A DNA stretch of 64,000 bases from Candidatus Helarchaeota archaeon (GCA_019058315.1 JAHPZH010000003.1:748451-812450), one strand, 5' to 3'. Numbered from the stretch's first letter, positions 37,768 through 47,600 are shown. Notes: generated by a model from the sequence alone, not told the origin. A program made the numbers and translations.

Positions 37768-40092
37768 ATGGTATTAAGTTGTCTTTATAACGAAGAAGAA
37801 AATCAATTTAGAGAGCAAGTAAAGACATTTATAAAAGCTAAAATTTTACCATATGTCGAAGAAATTGAAAGTGGTAAATATCCACGTGAATTATTAAGAT
37901 TATTGGGAGAGAAAGGTTATTTAGGATTAACACACAGTAAAGAATATGGGGGTTCGGATAAAGGATGGGTATATGAAACAATAGTTTCAGAGGAATTAGG
38001 CGCAGCAAACGGAGCGTTGGATATGGCTCGTGGAGCAACTTGTATTTTATTCGGAACTCCTGTTTCGAGTTTTGGAACTCACGAACAGAAATTAAAATAT
38101 TTAAAACCTGTCTTATCTGGTGAAAAACTTGCTTGCATCGGCATAACAGAACCAGATGTTGGCTCTGATACCGCAGGAATGAAAACTAACGCATATAAAG
38201 ATGGAGATTTGTGGGTCATCAACGGAGAAAAACGTTTTATTACAAATGGTAGTGAAGCGGATTATATTTGCCTATTTGGAATTACTGATAAAAATGTATC
38301 ATCCCATCATGGAATGAGTGCATTCATTTTCCCTACAGACACTCCTGGTTTTGAAGTTGTTAAAGTTTATGATTTGCTGGGTATGCATGGAACCCAAACC
38401 GCACAATTAAAATTCAATAATTGTCGTATTCCGTTGGAAAATCTTCTTGGGAAAGAAAATGCAGGTTTTCAGATTCTTATGGATGAATTAGATAAAGAAC
38501 GAACATTTTATTCAGGAACACTTGCGGGAATTGCACGCTCCGCATTCGAAATAGCAACAAAATATTCAACTGAAAGAGTTCAATTTGGACAGCCGATTAG
38601 TAGATATGAGGGAGTTAGTTTCAAAATTGCAGATATGGCAATTAAATTGGAGGCAATTCATACTTTACTTTTAAGATCTGCACGATTATGTGATCAAAAC
38701 ATCCCAGCGACTAAAGAGTCAGCTATTGCAAAGATTGCAGCCAGTGATTTTGGTTTCGAAATCTGTTGTGATGCTGTTCAAGTATTGGCAGGAATAGGTT
38801 ATACAAAGGAATATCCTGTTGAGCGTTTTATGCGTGATATTAAGCTAGGAATGATTGGTGCAGGTACAAGTGAAATTATGAAGTTTCTAATACAAAGGGA
38901 GGTCTATAGAGAATTTAAAAAGGGGTTAGAGGGAAATAGTCAATTGTTTTATACTGAAGAAGAAAACCAACTTCGGAATGAAGTAAAAGATTTTGTAAGT
39001 AGAGAAGTTATACCGCATTTAGATGTGATTCACAAGGGAGAATATCACCGATCTCTTATCAAAGCATTAGGCTCGAATGGCTTTTTGGGTTATACTCATC
39101 CAAAAGCATATGGAGGACAGGAGAAAGGATGGGTGCAGGAGTCTATTATTGCAGAAGAGGTATCTCGAGCAAGTGGTACTGCTAATATGATCCGCGGAGC
39201 CTCTTGTTTGCTTTTTGGAAAGCCAATTCGATTATTTGGAACTGAAGAACAAAAGCAGAAATATCTCAAAGAAGTCATAAAAGGAGAAAAAATCGGATGT
39301 TTAGGTGTTACTGAGCCAGAAGCCGGAAGTGATGTTTCCAGAATACAAACATATGCAACTAAGAAAGGCGATTCATATATTATTAATGGTGAAAAAAGAT
39401 TTATTACAAACGGAGGTATAGCAGATTATATTTTAGTATTTGCATTATCTGATAAAAATGCCCCTCCTCGGCAAAATATGAGTTCTTATATTGTTCCCAC
39501 TGACATTTCAGGGTTTAAGGTGGAAAAAGTTTATAAGCTTCACGGAATGCAAGGAACACTTGCTTCCCATCTAAAATTCGAGGATTGTGAAATACCAATT
39601 GAGAACCGATTGGGGAATGAGAATCAAGGATTTGAAATTATGATGAACCAATTTGACACTGAGAGAATCATTTTTGCTACAACTATTCTTGGAGTAATGC
39701 AAGCTGCATTCGATATTGTAAAAGACTACTCACTTAAACGTGTTCAATTTGGTAGACCAATTAGTCAATTTGAAGGTGTAAACTTTAAAATTGCTGATAT
39801 GGCAATAAAGATCGAGGCAGCTTCAGCTTTAATACTTAAGGCAGCGCGTCTTGTTGATAAAGGGGAAAAAATACCAATGTTATCTGCTATCACGAAAGTA
39901 TTCGCAAGTGATTATGGTCTAGAAGTAGTTAATGATGCACTCCAAGTTATGGGAGGTATTGGTTACACGAGCGAGTACCCTATGGAGAGGTTACTTCGTG
40001 ATGTTCGCCTAGGAAAAATAGGAGCTGGAAGTTCAGAAGTCTTGCGCTATCTAATACAAAGAGAAATTTATAAAAAAATTAAGAAGAAATAA
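37768..40092 (+). CDS. Fused double acyl-CoA dehydrogenase
   Basis: Two complete ACAD units, each with TEP..GSD, INGEKRFITNG, R.QFG.PI, G.GY..EYP.ER..RD. Confidence 0.93.
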   Translation: MVLSCLYNEEENQFREQVKTFIKAKILPYVEEIESGKYPRELLRLLGEKGYLGLTHSKEYGGSDKGWVYETIVSEELGAANGALDMARGATCILFGTPVSSFGTHEQKLKYLKPVLSGEKLACIGITEPDVGSDTAGMKTNAYKDGDLWVINGEKRFITNGSEADYICLFGITDKNVSSHHGMSAFIFPTDTPGFEVVKVYDLLGMHGTQTAQLKFNNCRIPLENLLGKENAGFQILMDELDKERTFYSGTLAGIARSAFEIATKYSTERVQFGQPISRYEGVSFKIADMAIKLEAIHTLLLRSARLCDQNIPATKESAIAKIAASDFGFEICCDAVQVLAGIGYTKEYPVERFMRDIKLGMIGAGTSEIMKFLIQREVYREFKKGLEGNSQLFYTEEENQLRNEVKDFVSREVIPHLDVIHKGEYHRSLIKALGSNGFLGYTHPKAYGGQEKGWVQESIIAEEVSRASGTANMIRGASCLLFGKPIRLFGTEEQKQKYLKEVIKGEKIGCLGVTEPEAGSDVSRIQTYATKKGDSYIINGEKRFITNGGIADYILVFALSDKNAPPRQNMSSYIVPTDISGFKVEKVYKLHGMQGTLASHLKFEDCEIPIENRLGNENQGFEIMMNQFDTERIIFATTILGVMQAAFDIVKDYSLKRVQFGRPISQFEGVNFKIADMAIKIEAASALILKAARLVDKGEKIPMLSAITKVFASDYGLEVVNDALQVMGGIGYTSEYPMERLLRDVRLGKIGAGSSEVLRYLIQREIYKKIKKK

Positions 40093-40096
40093 TGAA

Positions 40097-42607
40097 TTAT
40101 ACTTTAATTCCTGCCTGTCTAAGTAAAAATCGTAGGAGATTTGCTACTCTATTTGGTAATTCTGAAATATTTACGGGATTAATTACTAAAAAATTCTTCT
40201 CTCCGTAAATCTGTTTTTGATAATTCGTAGCGCTATCAATGCTAATACAAAGCACATGTATATGTTTTTGTCTTGCATTTTCAACAGCTTGTCGAGTTAA
40301 GTTTATTCCAATATTTCCAGCTTCATAGTATAGACTTATATTATTGTATCTACTTAAATTCTGAAGTCTTCTTTTTTGAAAACTATATGTTCCCGCTGAT
40401 GGTTGTCCATCACTTAAGACTAGAAGAACCTTTAACTTTTTTTTGGTTTTAAGTAATTGTTTTGTTGAATAATTTATTGCATTATGATCCGAATTATTCG
40501 CATATGATATAATATCTGCCAATTTTGATTTAATTTCATAATAATCTTCATCGAAATTCTTGTATGCAAAAAGAGTAAATATTTCAGGATTAATTTCACG
40601 TGGAAATGGTTCTCTGACTTGTGGAATATTCACATTAAAAGTATGACTTCTAGGATAATTTATATCAGTCCAACCATAAACAGAAAAACTAATATCTAAT
40701 GCGCTTAATACCTCGCTAAATAAGATGGCCGCAAGTCGGGCATTTTCTATTTTCGGACCATTCATACTTCCGCTTTGATCTATTAACAAAGTGATAGCTA
40801 TCTGATTTCTACTATTAACCAATAAGTTTTTTTTGAAAATATGAGGATCTTGTCTAACTATTCCCCTTACAATTTGTTTAGTGTCTAATCTACCTGATTT
40901 CAATTGACTAGTTCGATCAGTGCCCAATTTAAATAATGATTTAAATTGATTGACAGTTATATGAATTAAATTATTAATTGATTTCCTTATCCGTTCAAAT
41001 CCAGCAGAGCTATAAGAATTTGGATGAATCGGCATTACAATTCCGATATCGTTAGTTTCCGTTTTAAAAACATCAATAAAATCATTGTTTGCTCTTAATC
41101 TTTTTAAAACATTATTGATTTTCCTTTCAAGTTCTTTATCCTTCAATATTTTTATGTTTCGTTTAGTTAAATCGTCAATCTTGATACGTAATGATGTTGT
41201 ATCGATCAAGTTCCTTTTAAAAGGATCGAGATCTTGTGAATTAACAATGGGAACTTCCATTTCATTTAATTTGTTAGGAGTATCTTGTTCTTCCTTTTCC
41301 ATTCCACCAGATTCTCTTGAACCTAATTTGCCTGAAATATATTTCTTTGAAGAATTGGATTTACTCAAATTGGATTTTGAATGTTGTTTTTTATTTTGTT
41401 GAGTTTTTGAATTTTCATTCAAATTTTTGATAGCGTTTTCCTGAGATTCTACGTTTTTTGATGAATCTGACTCTCTTTCTTCTTGATATTTTTCATTTAA
41501 TGTTTTATTATTAGAATCTGTTATATCTGACGATTCATTTTGTTCTTTCTGATTAGTTTCTTCGTTTTTTTCATTTTTGTTAGAGCCTAATTTCTCACTA
41601 GGTATAGATTGACCTTTTTCATTCGATATTTGTTCTAGATCTTCTGTTTCAGATTGTTTTCCATAAGATCCTTTTCTTTCATTTGGTTTAGGACTTTTAT
41701 CTCTCCCAGACTTTCTTTCAGAACTTTGCTTCTTCTTTTGTTCTTCTTTAGTGGATTTATTTTTTTCCTTATTTTCTATTTGATTTTCTTTCTTTTTCTC
41801 TCTCTTTTGATCTTGCTTTTTTATCTCTTCTTTTAATTCTTTTAATATTTCTTGCATTTCTTTGGGTAGAGGTGGAGGATTACACTCTTCTTTGGATTTA
41901 TTTTGTGGTTTCACTTCAGGGAGAGGTGGTGTTTCCGAAGAATAATTGCCTTCTAATTCAAAAAATTCTAATAATAACGGTATGATTTTATCTGCAGCTT
42001 CGAATGATGCCCTGCAATTCTCTTGTTTTTTTGCCCAATAAATGTAAAAACTGGAAACGTAACATAGCTTTTCTAAATATTTATCTTCAATACGTTCCTT
42101 TATTCCATTAGTTAATGAGATCTCCAAAATGGCTTCAATAAATATTTGCCATTTAGGTTTTTCTTTAAAAGAGGGTCTTTTTTTAAGCCAATAACTATTT
42201 GCATAGTCAATTGCTAGTCGATTACCGTGAAATCTTTTTTTTCCGAGTTCTTCAATTCTTCCATCTTCGATAATATTCACTACATCTTTTGATATTTTTC
42301 CAATAAAAGGGATCTTTGATTTGAATTTATTTTCGTATTTTTTTACAAACTCTTTAAGTAGATCAATATCAGATTGAAATAATATATGCCAAGCTTCGTG
42401 AATTGCACCTGCTTCAAGGAAGACCCACCTTCTGGGTAAATCTAGATCATTTGGAGGTGGAGACAAGAAAATTGTTTCTCCATCTGTACAGCAAGCAGTA
42501 TTACTAAATTTCAAATCAATTTTTGGATCTTGAGAACATATAGCAATAGTTTTTTTTAGTTCTATGTAAGATGCTGGTCCAATTAATGGATCTGAATTAT
42601 TTTTGAT
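40097..42607 (-). CDS. VWA (MIDAS) protein with N-terminal zincin-like HExxH domain and long charged linker (CobT/NorD-like partner of MoxR AAA+)
   Basis: TDG..I.L, HEAWH, NIIEDGRIE; LLIDQSGSM, NSD, VLSDGQP. The frame is open to 42619 and the likely start is ATC at 42607 (the track uses TTG 42514). Confidence 0.85.
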   Translation of the reverse strand: MKNNSDPLIGPASYIELKKTIAICSQDPKIDLKFSNTACCTDGETIFLSPPPNDLDLPRRWVFLEAGAIHEAWHILFQSDIDLLKEFVKKYENKFKSKIPFIGKISKDVVNIIEDGRIEELGKKRFHGNRLAIDYANSYWLKKRPSFKEKPKWQIFIEAILEISLTNGIKERIEDKYLEKLCYVSSFYIYWAKKQENCRASFEAADKIIPLLLEFFELEGNYSSETPPLPEVKPQNKSKEECNPPPLPKEMQEILKELKEEIKKQDQKREKKKENQIENKEKNKSTKEEQKKKQSSERKSGRDKSPKPNERKGSYGKQSETEDLEQISNEKGQSIPSEKLGSNKNEKNEETNQKEQNESSDITDSNNKTLNEKYQEERESDSSKNVESQENAIKNLNENSKTQQNKKQHSKSNLSKSNSSKKYISGKLGSRESGGMEKEEQDTPNKLNEMEVPIVNSQDLDPFKRNLIDTTSLRIKIDDLTKRNIKILKDKELERKINNVLKRLRANNDFIDVFKTETNDIGIVMPIHPNSYSSAGFERIRKSINNLIHITVNQFKSLFKLGTDRTSQLKSGRLDTKQIVRGIVRQDPHIFKKNLLVNSRNQIAITLLIDQSGSMNGPKIENARLAAILFSEVLSALDISFSVYGWTDINYPRSHTFNVNIPQVREPFPREINPEIFTLFAYKNFDEDYYEIKSKLADIISYANNSDHNAINYSTKQLLKTKKKLKVLLVLSDGQPSAGTYSFQKRRLQNLSRYNNISLYYEAGNIGINLTRQAVENARQKHIHVLCISIDSATNYQKQIYGEKNFLVINPVNISELPNRVANLLRFLLRQAGIKV

Positions 42608-44783
42608 TAATAACTCCCCCTAAACATTTTTTTTTGCAATCATTACAGGTTTTGTGGTTTGAACTGTAACAGTAAGGGCAAATGTGATACTCTTTCCTTT
42701 CGTTTGGATTGATCTTTAATAATGAATAACCATGTTCAAGACATGTGTCTTTTAATATAGATATTTCTCCTTGAATGGGTAAAGAAAAGAATGTTTTACA
42801 ATTTAAACACAATAATATTCTCTTTTTGCCATTCATAACATCCATTTCTTTGTGACATTTAGGACAGATGATAACATCATCCCTATATTTTTTACTGGTC
42901 CTTTCTTCTTCTTTTATTTGGATTCTAATATCATGATTCTTACATTTTTTATTATTACAATAGAAATTAATCCAACTAAAAAGCGTTGGTATTTTATTCA
43001 TCCGATTATTACAATCAAGACAAATAACTCTATAACTATCTCTTGTGTTTTCAATCATGAATTTATGGTGTTTTTTACAATATTTACAAGAATATCTTAA
43101 GTTTCCCATTAAATCAGTTTGATGATCTTCAATAATCTTGTTAGAAGCAATACATTTAATAACAAATTTTTTCTCGAGTGCCAGTAAATATGCTTTCTTA
43201 TTATTTTTAAATGAATTTTTCCTATTCTTATACCCTGAATTCTTTTTCTCCCTAACATTTGGTTTAGAAGGTTTATCTGATTTTATTACTTGCAGTTCTC
43301 TGTTGAAAGCGTTCTGATTTCGAAGTTTAAATAAGTCATCAATTGTTATATCCAGTCCATTTTTAAGTGAGTTTAGATCTTTCTCGTTTACTACCTCTTT
43401 CGCACCTAAAATTTGTTTTACTGCTTTAAATATAGTTCTTATATAGTCATTATATGTGGAAGGTTCTACATTTGCTTTTATCCCTTCCCGAACATATTTT
43501 TCTAAAATCGGATCAACCAACGTTTTTAAAATTGCCTCTGTTACGGTATTATTTTCAAATAGTGCTTCACTAAAATTGATTATGTGTCGAGTCCCAAGTT
43601 GCATAGCCATCATTCCCAAATCCCCTTGTTGGATTGTACTTCTAATTGAAAAACAAATGTCAGTCATACTCCTCAAGAAGTGTCTTGTGGTAGTTTTTTT
43701 CCGTTCATAACCAATGTTTAAAGCTTGAAATTCTTGATCATCTACATTCATAGCAATAATTTTTTGAATATCTTGTTTCGATGGAAATGGTATATCACAG
43801 AAAATAAATCTTGATGAAACACTTCCTGTTTCATCTTCCCCTAAAGTCTCTCCTTCCGGATTATAATTTGCAATTACAAGTAGATTTTCCTTGGGACAAT
43901 CCAATAAAATGTCTACGCCAGAAATCTTTTTTTCAATTCTTCTTTCCTGTAAAAAATCATTTAAATCTTTAATGACTTTTGTGGGCCATTGATTAATTTC
44001 TTCTAAAACTAAAATAATACGTTTGCCTTCTTTAGCAAGTGTCATTGCATCATGAATTTGTCCTTTTTCGGGAACTGTAGAGCCTTCTTTTAACCCTTTT
44101 TCCACCACAAGGCTTGCAACGTCCATATTTTTATCTGGTTGAATTGTAATCACATGTGGAAAGGTCCCATTTTTCTTCCACAATTCAGGAAGGATACTTT
44201 TTGCAAAATAAGACTTTCCAACACCAGGAGGACCTCTTAATGCTAAATTACTTGTTTGACGCATGCAATAGAAGGTTGTGGCAATGATTTTATTTGAAAC
44301 ATCGACGAATTTAAGCTGAGTTAATTTTTCTTGTAGTTTTTTTTCGTATTTGTCTTCTAATTTTTTAGAATCTTCTTCCATAATTTTTTCTAAACTTTTA
44401 AATTCCTTAATTTCACTAATTAAAAGATAACTTGTAAAATAATCATCTTCTTTTATGGCATCTTCGAGGAGAAAACCAAATTGTTTAGCTAATTCTAACT
44501 TTTCTTTATTTTCTTTCGAAATTTTCTTCTCTTTAACGATTTTTTTAGCTTTTTGAATTTTTTTTGATTTTATTGTTTTCTTTTTTTTAGCTTTCTTCTT
44601 TTTATTTTTCTTTTTCTTAATATTCTTTGTTTTTATTCTCTTAATTTCTATACTATTTTTAATAAATTTGGTTACCAAAACTTTACATTTATCGCAATGA
44701 TAAGAAAACGGAGGTTTTTTGCTAAGATCTAAAATCGTTTCTCCTCCACAGTAAGGACAATACGTTTCTTCTGAATGAGACAT
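42597..44783 (-). CDS. MoxR-type AAA+ ATPase with N-terminal Zn ribbon/Lys-rich segment and C-terminal multi-zinc-finger tail
   Basis: Walker A GPPGVGKS, Walker B LVLEEIN, sensor-1 ANYNP, Arg finger SSRF, sensor-2-like GTR; multiple CxxC pairs at both ends. Confidence 0.88.
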   Translation of the reverse strand: MSHSEETYCPYCGGETILDLSKKPPFSYHCDKCKVLVTKFIKNSIEIKRIKTKNIKKKKNKKKKAKKKKTIKSKKIQKAKKIVKEKKISKENKEKLELAKQFGFLLEDAIKEDDYFTSYLLISEIKEFKSLEKIMEEDSKKLEDKYEKKLQEKLTQLKFVDVSNKIIATTFYCMRQTSNLALRGPPGVGKSYFAKSILPELWKKNGTFPHVITIQPDKNMDVASLVVEKGLKEGSTVPEKGQIHDAMTLAKEGKRIILVLEEINQWPTKVIKDLNDFLQERRIEKKISGVDILLDCPKENLLVIANYNPEGETLGEDETGSVSSRFIFCDIPFPSKQDIQKIIAMNVDDQEFQALNIGYERKKTTTRHFLRSMTDICFSIRSTIQQGDLGMMAMQLGTRHIINFSEALFENNTVTEAILKTLVDPILEKYVREGIKANVEPSTYNDYIRTIFKAVKQILGAKEVVNEKDLNSLKNGLDITIDDLFKLRNQNAFNRELQVIKSDKPSKPNVREKKNSGYKNRKNSFKNNKKAYLLALEKKFVIKCIASNKIIEDHQTDLMGNLRYSCKYCKKHHKFMIENTRDSYRVICLDCNNRMNKIPTLFSWINFYCNNKKCKNHDIRIQIKEEERTSKKYRDDVIICPKCHKEMDVMNGKKRILLCLNCKTFFSLPIQGEISILKDTCLEHGYSLLKINPNERKEYHICPYCYSSNHKTCNDCKKKCLGGVINQK

Positions 44784-44927
44784 TTTTTATTCCTTCTTTC
44801 AAATTGGATTTTAGGATCTTTTCTAATTTTTTTAAATAGGCTTTGAAATTGAAAAGATCAAGAGCCAAATGTTGATTTCCAATTATAATTCAAATCATTA
44901 AACCTCCTAACTCATATTTTTTTATAT

Positions 44928-45011
44928 TTATGAAAGTTCTAAATCCCTATTTTTTAAGAATTTAATAGGATCGATGTAAAATTTGAGTTTTTCAAATTTT
45001 TTTACTTTCAT
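44928..45011 (-). CDS. Possible 27-aa leader/small protein
   Basis: ATG at 45011 gives MKVKKFEKLKFYIDPIKFLKNRDLELS*, just downstream of the promoter. Confidence 0.3.
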   Translation of the reverse strand: MKVKKFEKLKFYIDPIKFLKNRDLELS

Positions 45012-45030
45012 AAATACTCACTATTATTAT

Positions 45031-45085
45031 GAAATGCGCAACCAATAAGTTTTTAATATATAAAGGGTCGAAAATGCGCAATTTC
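45031..45085 (-). promoter_or_regulatory. TATA box flanked by two aaaTGCGCAa operator-like sites
   Basis: TGCGCA at 45035-40 and 45075-80 (40 bp apart) around minus-strand TTTATATA (45057-45064). Confidence 0.6.
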
Positions 45086-45213
45086 TTCTAATTAAAGCAT
45101 GAAAAATTTGAGAAAAGAATCAGAAATAAATAAATCTAATCAATAAATTCCCCTAGTTTATTGTTAAGTAAAAACTAGAATCTATAAACTAAATTAAAAA
45201 AATAAAAGAATAA

Positions 45214-45570
45214 TTATTTTTTCCCTTTCAATGCCGCTGCAATCGCTCTGCCATAGCGGATTAGTTCCATCACTTTACCATTTTTAACCTCTATTTGTTC
45301 ACGGCTAATTGCATGGGTAAAGTCACCTTGTCCTCTGCTTGATCTGGCAATACCTTCACCATCGCCCGTAATTAGTAAAGATGGATTCGAATGTTTTCCA
45401 GAAGTTAAGTTTGCCTTGCCATTTTTTACTTCTATATAGAATGGCTCTTCTGTTTTTAAATCAAATTGAAAAATTACGTTCCAATTTTCAGCTACTAGTA
45501 TTTTTTGAGCCTTTGGATTATCATTAATTAATTTTAAAATTTTTTCTGATTCAGCCCTTGCTTCACCCAT
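45214..45570 (-). CDS. SCP2 sterol/lipid-carrier domain protein
   Basis: FQFDL..FYIEVKNGK....G...PSLLI..I.V..G pattern; SD GGAGGTG precedes ATG 45570. Confidence 0.8.
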   Translation of the reverse strand: MGEARAESEKILKLINDNPKAQKILVAENWNVIFQFDLKTEEPFYIEVKNGKANLTSGKHSNPSLLITGDGEGIARSSRGQGDFTHAISREQIEVKNGKVMELIRYGRAIAAALKGKK

Positions 45571-46063
45571 CGGATGCACCTCCACCTTCGTATTCTGGTT
45601 TATTTATCCACATTTCATATTCATCTATTGGGACAAAGAAAAAGTCAGTAATCTTACCCTCCCTTTCCTTTTTAAACACAGCTCTTACTTTTTTTCCAGC
45701 TTTAATTTTTGAGGGAACCAGACTTTCAGAAAATATTCCTTGATTAATTGCGGTACTTGCTCCTTCCAATTGGATGTATCCTACAGCATAGGGGATATAT
45801 TGAATAAAGGCAGATGTACTATACCAAACCAGTGTACTTACTTTAATTTCTCCAACATCCTTTATGGTAACCCATTCAGTTGGTTTATAACATTTAGCAC
45901 AAGCAACGCGAGGAGGGCAATAAGTCGTTCCACATTCTTTACATTTTGAACCTAAAATTCTTTTATTATCTCTTAACTCTATGAAAAACCTAGATTGTCC
46001 ACCATAACTGTATTTATAGTTCATAATGATTTGATCTTCAATTTCATGGTAATTTTCTGTCAT
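45563..46063 (-). CDS. DUF35 Zn-ribbon/OB-fold acyl-CoA-binding protein
   Basis: GSKCKECG..Y.PPR..C.KC, PYAVGYIQL, G.KV.AVF. Confidence 0.92.
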   Translation of the reverse strand: MTENYHEIEDQIIMNYKYSYGGQSRFFIELRDNKRILGSKCKECGTTYCPPRVACAKCYKPTEWVTIKDVGEIKVSTLVWYSTSAFIQYIPYAVGYIQLEGASTAINQGIFSESLVPSKIKAGKKVRAVFKKEREGKITDFFFVPIDEYEMWINKPEYEGGGASDG

Positions 46064-46065
46064 AT

Positions 46066-47271
46066 TTAGCCTCTCTCCATTACAATTATAGCAGAATACG
46101 CCGCACCAGGACCTCCTATTGAATGTGAGATTGCTCTTCCTTTTGAAATAGGCACTTGTCTTTTACCCGCTTTTTCTTTCAATTGCAAATAAGCCTCCCC
46201 AGTCGACATTATACCTGTAGCCCCAACAGCATGTCCACAGCCAATTAGCCCTCCTGAGGGACAACATGGTAATTCTCCAGACATTAAGGGTCCACCATCG
46301 TCAAGCCAATCGCCTCCCTTTCCATATTCCACGAATCCCAATTCTTCATAGGAAATAACTTCCTGTCCTGAAAATGCGTCATGTAATTCTGCAACATCAA
46401 TTTGATTTTTAATATTATTATAATCTAGTCCAGCCATTTTATATGCACGCTTTGCAGCTGCAATATTTGAAGGTAATGCGCCTATACTTTTTCTATTACC
46501 AATAAAAGCGTCAGTGCATGCGGCTCCTGCTCCTGTAATCCAAACAGGATCATCAATTTTTAATTGTTTTACCTTTTCTTCTGATGCTAAAATCAAAGCA
46601 GCCGAAGCTTCGGAATATAGACAACAATCTAACATTTTAAACGGATAACAAATTATACGTGAGTTTAGAACTTCTTCTACGGTTAATTTCATTGGTGATT
46701 GTGCCTTGGGGTTGTTCAGTGCATTTCCATGGTTCTTAATTGAGACTTTGGCCATTTGTTCTTCAGTGGGATTTCCGTATTTATCAATATGGGCGTTCAC
46801 TAGAACCACGTAACTTGAGGCTGCTAACATACCTAATGGGAATTCCCAAGTCATATCAGCAGAATAAGCAATTCCTTTTAGAACTTCGGGGGTTGTGGTA
46901 CCAGTTTGTTTATCATAACAATCATTACACTTTTCAACACCTAAAACTAAACAAATATCCGCAAGACCACTAGCAACTTCAGCGTATCCCGTTCGAACTG
47001 TAAAGCCCCCTGTCGCTCCCCCAGTAGTAATACGAGTTCCGGGTTTATCTATATTTCCAATATAGTCATTAACATAAATATCAGGCATAAATTGCCTTTC
47101 AAATAAATCATTGTAAATTCCATAAACTGCACTATCTATTTCTTTGATTGTAATTCCTGCGTCATTTAAACTTTCATTAGCTGCATCGTATGCTAATTCA
47201 AAATAAGTTTTTTCAGGCCATCTTGCCTTAAATGGAGTCATTCCAAATCCTATAATTGCTACTTTTCTCAT
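46066..47271 (-). CDS. SCP-x-type thiolase-fold protein lacking the catalytic Cys (Ltp2-like)
   Basis: GVEK, N...NPKAQ, ELHDAF, GHAVGATG; the nucleophile loop reads TTGGATGG instead of NACASG. Confidence 0.88.
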   Translation of the reverse strand: MRKVAIIGFGMTPFKARWPEKTYFELAYDAANESLNDAGITIKEIDSAVYGIYNDLFERQFMPDIYVNDYIGNIDKPGTRITTGGATGGFTVRTGYAEVASGLADICLVLGVEKCNDCYDKQTGTTTPEVLKGIAYSADMTWEFPLGMLAASSYVVLVNAHIDKYGNPTEEQMAKVSIKNHGNALNNPKAQSPMKLTVEEVLNSRIICYPFKMLDCCLYSEASAALILASEEKVKQLKIDDPVWITGAGAACTDAFIGNRKSIGALPSNIAAAKRAYKMAGLDYNNIKNQIDVAELHDAFSGQEVISYEELGFVEYGKGGDWLDDGGPLMSGELPCCPSGGLIGCGHAVGATGIMSTGEAYLQLKEKAGKRQVPISKGRAISHSIGGPGAAYSAIIVMERG

Positions 47272-47390
47272 AAAAAATAAAAAGATAGGATATATTATAA
47301 AAAACTTTGGAATTCTTTAATTTCTAATTTAAAGATAAATTAGTAAAATAAAATGTTTTATTTTTGAAAAAATTCTAAGAATTGATTCAA

Positions 47391-47600
47391 TCAGAATGTT
47401 TTTATTAATTCAATAATTGAATCAAACATAGGAATTACACCATCATATTGAACTATTCCATTTTCCTTTAATTTCTTAAGAACTAGACGAACACCTTCGA
47501 ATTTTTCTCCACAAATTCGATTTAATTGTTTATAATCCATCTTTCCATCATTATCTTGTAAAGTTTTCACTAAAAATTTCTCATTTTCATTTAATTCCAA
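47391..47600 (-). CDS. Small winged-helix-like protein
   Basis: 69 aa, preceded by SD GGAGG; L.ENE..L...L....G.M.Y..L..LKKLKE.G.V. Confidence 0.6.
   Translation of the reverse strand: MELNENEKFLVKTLQDNDGKMDYKQLNRICGEKFEGVRLVLKKLKENGIVQYDGVIPMFDSIIELIKTF

Noticed and set aside
44790-44910. GGAGG-ATG-ATT-TGA as a selenoprotein start
   Set aside because: The read-through product has no recognisable motif and I saw no SECIS; kept only as part of the leader observation.
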